Assembly: GCF_001194135.2 (NCBI RefSeq)
Contig: NC_068981.1
Span: 91,229,202 to 91,293,201, forward strand
Length of the DNA stretch: 64,000 bases
DNA from: Octopus bimaculoides
Lineage: Eukaryota
Direction of reading: 5' to 3'
Numbering within the stretch: position 1 is the stretch's first letter; each line of letters starts with the position of its first letter. This document shows positions 60,538 through 64,000 of the stretch, piece after piece. The notes beneath the pieces are model-generated. The model was not told the origin of the DNA, made no database searches, and saw only the letters and a list, made by a program, of their open reading frames with translations. Both the position numbers and the translations under genes were made by a program.

Positions 60538-60887
60538 AGCAAACATTTTATTTTCCCAAATACTTCCCTGATTTTGTTTTGTTGTGAAATTTTACACACC
60601 GAGTACTTTGAATGTTTGTGAACTGACAGGAAAAATACCCTCAATCATAGTATTATTTATGACAATCCATATGCATATTTANNNNNNNNNNNNNNNNNNN
60701 NNNNNNNNNNNNNNNNNNNNNNNNNNNNNNNNNNNNNNNNNNNAGCAAACATTTTATTTTCCCAAATACTTCCCTGATTTTGTTTTGTTGTGAAATTTTA
60801 CACACCGAGTACTTTGAATGTTTGTGAACTGACATGAAAAATACCCTCAATCATAGTATTATTTATGACAATCCATATGCATATTTA
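60538..60887. other. 144-bp direct duplication across an N gap (probable assembly artefact)
   Basis: 60538-60681 equals 60744-60887 with one mismatch; both copies end exactly at the gap edges. Confidence 0.85.
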
Positions 60888-61831
60888 GTATAAAATCTAA
60901 GCGTTACTAAATTCCACTTCGATATAATATCCTCTCCGACATTTAGTATATTGTGAATGATTGACAAAAACAGGTGTATATTGATCTTGTAAGATCAATA
61001 AGAATGACTTGTGAAGTTGGACAATATAGATTCGTATTTTATCCGCTCTGTTTCCCACAAATTGCTGGTTCCTTTGTCTGTCATTCAACCACACTGTACG
61101 CAGAAACACACTCAATCAAACATTCGCACATACAAATATAAATGTATATATGATGAAACTAACTTTCTGTCCAGACATATATTCATATCAACGCTGTATG
61201 TACACAAGTGAGCTGAAAACATCACTTTGCCCAAAGTATTTAATTAACGGCAAAGTGATTCCCGACAAAAATATGTCCGTTACGATTTCAGTGAAGACAA
61301 ACGAAAAACGTTGTAAACAATATTATCGCAATGTTATTTATCTGTCGTTATCATTACTGTTACGTATTGTATTCGATCTAATAGATGCAATTAAGAATAT
61401 TTATTTGAAAAATATACCCTTTTCGCTTCCAGCAGTTTACACGTAAAATATATTTTACTTTTCAGATAACATTCATATTAAATAGAAGTTTCAGTTAAGT
61501 ACACACACACACGCACANNNNNNNNNNGTATCTATCTATACAGTGCAAGCTTACATAAATACACAGGAACTTAAGTACATATTTACAAACATACTACGTT
61601 TCGTTAGCGGCCTCTCCACTGTTTCTCTGCACAATTACAGCATAAAAGTGTGCTTACACTTTTATTTAACTCATATTGATTCTTTATAATATTCAAATTT
61701 ATTTCAAATATTTTTTACCCTATGTTTTCCGTAAATAATTATAAATATGTATCTATGGATGTATCTCTCTCTCTTTCTCTCTCTCTTTCTCCACCCCACT
61801 CTGTATCTATGTGTATGTATATTCTATATTG

Positions 61832-62523
61832 TAAGCATAATTATAATTAGGGCTCAGCAAATTGCTTCACCACATACCGAAATTTAGAAATAGCAGTTAA
61901 ATACTATTCTTCTACCAAAAGGTATCTCCCAGACAGCAATACTCTCAATTCACGTTGGTAAAGACAAAAAATAACGAATCCACCCGGCTTTGATCAACTA
62001 GATACGCGTTTCTGGATTAAAGAGATGTCAAATGTTATTATTACTCACTTATTTCCGTCTTCAGTATAGTATTTCTATTGCAAATTTGACAGTACTACAT
62101 TCCCTGAGAGTAAACTGCAGTTTCTGCGGGATTACTCGTAACTGACGTGGGTGATTGGGGAAGAATGCGAGTTCTCACTCGTCCGTATAAATTCGGAAGT
62201 GCTGGTTTTTGGATATTAGCTATTCGATGTCGCTTGGTCGATAAGGTATTTAATTATTAGTACTGTCAAATTTACAATAGAAATACTATACTGAAGACGG
62301 AAATAAGTGAGTAATAATAAAATCTGACATCTCTTTAATCCAGAAACGCGTATGTAGTTGATCAAAGCCGGGTGGATTCATTATTTTTTCTCTTTACCAA
62401 CATGAATTGAGAGTATTGCTGTCTGAGAGATGTCTTATGGTAGAGGAATAGTATTTAACTGCTATTTCTAAATTTCGGTATGTGGTGAGGCAATTTGCTG
62501 AACCCTTATTATAGTTATGCTTA
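61832..62523. mobile_element. 692-bp foldback element with 266-bp inverted arms and a 160-bp spacer
   Basis: 61832-62097 versus the reverse complement of 62258-62523, about 16 mismatches and no indels; TA at both ends. Confidence 0.9.
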
Positions 62524-62638
62524 TAATCATAGAATTTTTGTATGAGGTTACTGATAAAGGTTATTTTAACATACCGAATTACTTGGTAAAATTACTAACT
62601 ATTAATTAATAAATTTTACCCTTTATTATTATTGACTA

Positions 62639-62674
<36 letters not shown>

Positions 62675-62684
62675 NNNNNNNNNN

Positions 62685-62747
<63 letters not shown>

Positions 62748-63941
62748 CACGACTGGACATGTCTGTAAAGTGAGAAAGCAGTAAGCAACAAAAGAGACAA
62801 CACAAAATATACAAGGTTTAACAAATATGGTGTGAGCTTAATTTTCTTATAGGAAGAAGTATCTCAAAGTTTCGGATATTATTCCTTCATCATATTAAAG
62901 AAAAATACCATGCGAAGTAGTGGGGAGAAAGAAGAATATCGGGAAAGAGAGCACTAAAGAGAATGGAGGAATCTCGCATTAAGAATACAGAACTATTTGT
63001 ATTACAAGGTGATGGGGTTCATATAGAGATACAATTAAATAAAAATGAGCAAAATAAAAAATAAAGTGTGATTCTTCTTATTACACGCGGAAAATCCTTG
63101 ACGCGAAGCCACTATACATTTTCCACCATTGAGTACTTTAAAATGATTTAACGTATAGATTATTTAATCTCCACAAATTAATGTGAATTCCGAACGATTG
63201 ATCATGATGGAACATTTGTAAAACAATATATTTATTTTGTCTGAGAGATGAAGTTCAATCGTATCTTTTTCAAGTGTATGAGACTTGGTAAGTATTGTAT
63301 TCCAGACGATTTTGTAATTATTGATATTAATCATTTGTGAAAAGCCATACGTAATTTGATAAGCTAAAGTTCAGAGACCTATTCCAGATTTTTGAAAGTA
63401 TGTAAATGCTGAATAAATTTTCCTTCAGATTTAATTTAATGTTTGCGAAATATAATGATTGAGCTTTTAATATTGAGCTGTACGTAATTTTACTATCCTG
63501 CTATTGATTTCAAAAGACAAGGTATTTAATTGACAAATTTCAAAATAGTTACATGAATTGGGAGAGTAAGATATAACGATATAACGTCTTGTTTACTTTA
63601 CGATTATTACTACTGATGTATGCTACATTTCTATAAAAAATTCTTATCATAAATATATTTCTTTGAAAAGTGTTTATCTAATAAGGAAGAAAAATGCTTA
63701 ACGACGCGTGTACTGACATGGAAACTAAATGCTGCATTGAGCTAAATGGTGTTATTTTGTCTACTTTTCCGTGTCTTAAAGTAAATATTAACTATGTTCA
63801 TATATTTACGTTCTCCATCTCCCCAATTTTAACGCTTGATTACAATTAGGTGTTACTATTTTGAAGAAAGTTCTGTCATATGAAATACTGTACATTTAAT
63901 AATTTTCCCTTAAATTATTAACTGTTGGAGGTTAATGATTT

Positions 63942-63985
<44 letters not shown>

Positions 63986-64000
63986 TCATCATAAATATAC

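Noticed and set aside
60538-60887. 144-bp tandem duplication
   Set aside because: Both copies end at the gap edges and differ by one base, typical of unmerged haplotype contigs.
1-64000. Excess of minus-strand retroelement pieces (about 21 versus 14), which might indicate an intron of a plus-strand gene
   Set aside because: Small, non-independent counts; the skew is too weak to support the inference.

Overview
AT-rich eukaryotic (animal) DNA from a gapped short-read assembly: 13 N-gaps, mostly at (TA)n/(CA)n tracts, and dense microsatellites. The tRNA-derived SINEs look like octopus SINEs, so a cephalopod origin is inferred, not shown. No host gene could be recognised by homology; the only candidate is a possible signal-peptide exon at 23418-23506. 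The window is mostly decayed mobile elements: maT/DD37D, pogo/Tc2, mariner and Chapaev3 transposons, MITEs and a foldback element, Helitron- and Helentron-like pieces, CR1/L2, Jockey, RTE, R4/Dong and Tx1/L1 LINE fragments, three SINE families and several Penelope-like (GIY-YIG) remnants. The most notable signal is a set of type I hammerhead ribozyme motifs in apparently different small Penelope/retrozyme-like repeats. One has a fully intact core (41790-41852), and one lies in a 354-nt terminally repeated unit with an inverted 5' copy (20408-20999). All alignments, translations and folds were done by eye and no database search was run, so family names and boundaries are approximate.
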